A DNA stretch of 17,875 bases from the IMG/VR virus record IMGVR_UViG_2617271049_000014, one strand, 5' to 3'. Under the pieces are notes generated by a model that was given only the letters and a program-made list of their open reading frames with translations, had not been told where the DNA came from and did not search any database. Shown here in pieces: positions 16,418 through 17,875 of the stretch. Position numbers and translations under genes: made by a program. Source of the stretch: a virus. Lineage: Duplodnaviria; Heunggongvirae; Uroviricota; Caudoviricetes. The first letter of the stretch is position 1, and every line of letters starts with the position of its first letter.

Positions 16418-17875
16418 ATGAATACATCTCATGTAAGAGTTGTTACTCATATGTGTGGGTTCCTGGTTTGGCTCTATAGTCTTTCAATGTTGCCACCAAT
16501 GGTTGTAGCATTGTTTTATAAAGAAAAAAGCCTGTTCGTTTTCTTTATAACTTTCGTTATATTTTTTTGCATTGGTGGCGGAGCGTGGTATACAACTAAG
16601 AAATCTGGCATTCAATTACGTACCCGTGATGGGTTTATTATAATTGTAATGTTTTGGATTTTGTTTTCTGTTATTAGTGCATTCCCTTTATGGATTGACT
16701 CAGAACTTAATTTAACGTTCATTGATGCTCTGTTTGAAGGGGTTTCTGGAATAACAACAACAGGAGCAACTGTAATTGATGATGTTAGTTCATTACCTCG
16801 GGCATATTTGTACTATCGGTCACAGTTAAATTTTATAGGTGGTTTAGGAGTTATTGTTCTGGCGGTTGCAGTATTGCCATTATTGGGTATTGGTGGTGCA
16901 AAGCTTTATCAGTCAGAAATGCCGGGGCCATTTAAGGATGACAAACTCACTCCCCGCCTGGCCGATACGTCACGGACACTGTGGATAACTTATTCTTTAT
17001 TAGGTATTGCTTGTATTGTCTGTTATAGACTTGCAGGAATGCCTTTGTTTGATGCTATTTGTCACGGGATTTCCACAGTTTCGCTTGGTGGTTTCTCAAC
17101 TCATAGCGAGAGTATCGGATATTTTAATAACTATTTGGTTGAGCTGGTGGCTGGTTCTTTTTCCCTGCTATCGGCTTTCAACTTCACTCTTTGGTATATT
17201 GTTATTAGCAGAAAAACGATAAAACCTTTAATCAGAGATATTGAACTTCGTTTCTTTCTGTTAATAGCCTTAGGGGTGATCATTGTTACCTCTTTCCAGG
17301 TCTGGCATATAGGTATGTATGACTTGCATGGAAGTTTTATTCATTCGTTTTTTCTTGCCAGCTCCATGCTCACTGATAATGGTTTAGCTACGCAGGATTA
17401 TGCAAACTGGCCCACGCACACGATAGTGTTTTTGCTGTTGTCAAGTTTCTTTGGGGGATGTATAGGTTCAACCTGTGGTGGAATTAAGTCACTTCGATTT
17501 CTTATACTTTTCAAACAAAGCAAACACGAGATAAATCAGCTTTCTCATCCCAGAGCGTTGTTGAGTGTAAATGTAGGAGGGAAGATAGTTACAGATCGTG
17601 TAATGAGGTCTGTATGGAGTTTCTTTTTTCTTTATACTCTCTTCACGGTGTTTTTTATACTGGTGTTAAATGGTATGGGATATGATTTTCTTACATCATT
17701 TGCAACAGTGGCTGCATGTATTAATAATATGGGATTAGGTTTTGGGGCTACTGCATCGTCATTCGGAGTGCTTAATGACATTGCAAAATATTTAATGTGC
17801 ATAGCTATGATTCTTGGTCGCCTTGAAATTTATCCTGTTATTATATTGTTTTCAGGTTTTTTTTGGCGCTCCTAA
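16418..17875 (+). CDS. trkG: TrkG potassium uptake transporter (TrkH family), 485 aa
   Basis: Polytopic membrane protein from ATG 16418 (MNTSHVRVVTHMCGFLVWLYSL...); the track ORF begins at an upstream TTG. AT-rich codon usage. Stop TAA at 17873-17875 is the window end. Confidence 0.9.
   Translation: MNTSHVRVVTHMCGFLVWLYSLSMLPPMVVALFYKEKSLFVFFITFVIFFCIGGGAWYTTKKSGIQLRTRDGFIIIVMFWILFSVISAFPLWIDSELNLTFIDALFEGVSGITTTGATVIDDVSSLPRAYLYYRSQLNFIGGLGVIVLAVAVLPLLGIGGAKLYQSEMPGPFKDDKLTPRLADTSRTLWITYSLLGIACIVCYRLAGMPLFDAICHGISTVSLGGFSTHSESIGYFNNYLVELVAGSFSLLSAFNFTLWYIVISRKTIKPLIRDIELRFFLLIALGVIIVTSFQVWHIGMYDLHGSFIHSFFLASSMLTDNGLATQDYANWPTHTIVFLLLSSFFGGCIGSTCGGIKSLRFLILFKQSKHEINQLSHPRALLSVNVGGKIVTDRVMRSVWSFFFLYTLFTVFFILVLNGMGYDFLTSFATVAACINNMGLGFGATASSFGVLNDIAKYLMCIAMILGRLEIYPVIILFSGFFWRS

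Overview
This window reads as an Escherichia coli Rac-type lambdoid prophage, running from the integrase end to trkG. All protein identifications are from reading the translations and from recalled family sequences; no database search was run. Minus strand, early-left arm: integrase (split by an in-frame TAG), excisionase-like ydaQ, ydaC, ralR/lar (apparently truncated by a TGA), recT, recE, racC, ydaE, kilR, then sieB (+), ydaF and ydaG. Immunity region: a racR-like repressor divergent from a Cro-like ydaS, then ydaT and a ydaU-like replication-region gene, with a shared ATGTACT motif in both flanking control regions. After ydaU comes a ~1.7 kb segment with no large forward ORF, carrying a Cys-rich small ORF, an opposite-strand DUF1971/YeaR-like gene with its own terminator, and ~0.8 kb of AT-rich ORF-poor DNA. 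Then a coupled nin-like operon (DUF1367-like, YbcO-like, Q-like), a candidate late promoter and terminator, and an intact phage-21-type lysis cassette (dual-start pinholin, SAR endolysin, Rz with embedded Rz1) before trkG. The most interesting element sits between the Q-like gene and the holin: a cassette with its own promoter and terminator encoding two paralogous lipoproteins whose C-terminal domains resemble TolA domain III. I propose it as a candidate envelope-level exclusion or immunity system; that function is inference only. No tRNA, rRNA, CRISPR array or IS element was seen.
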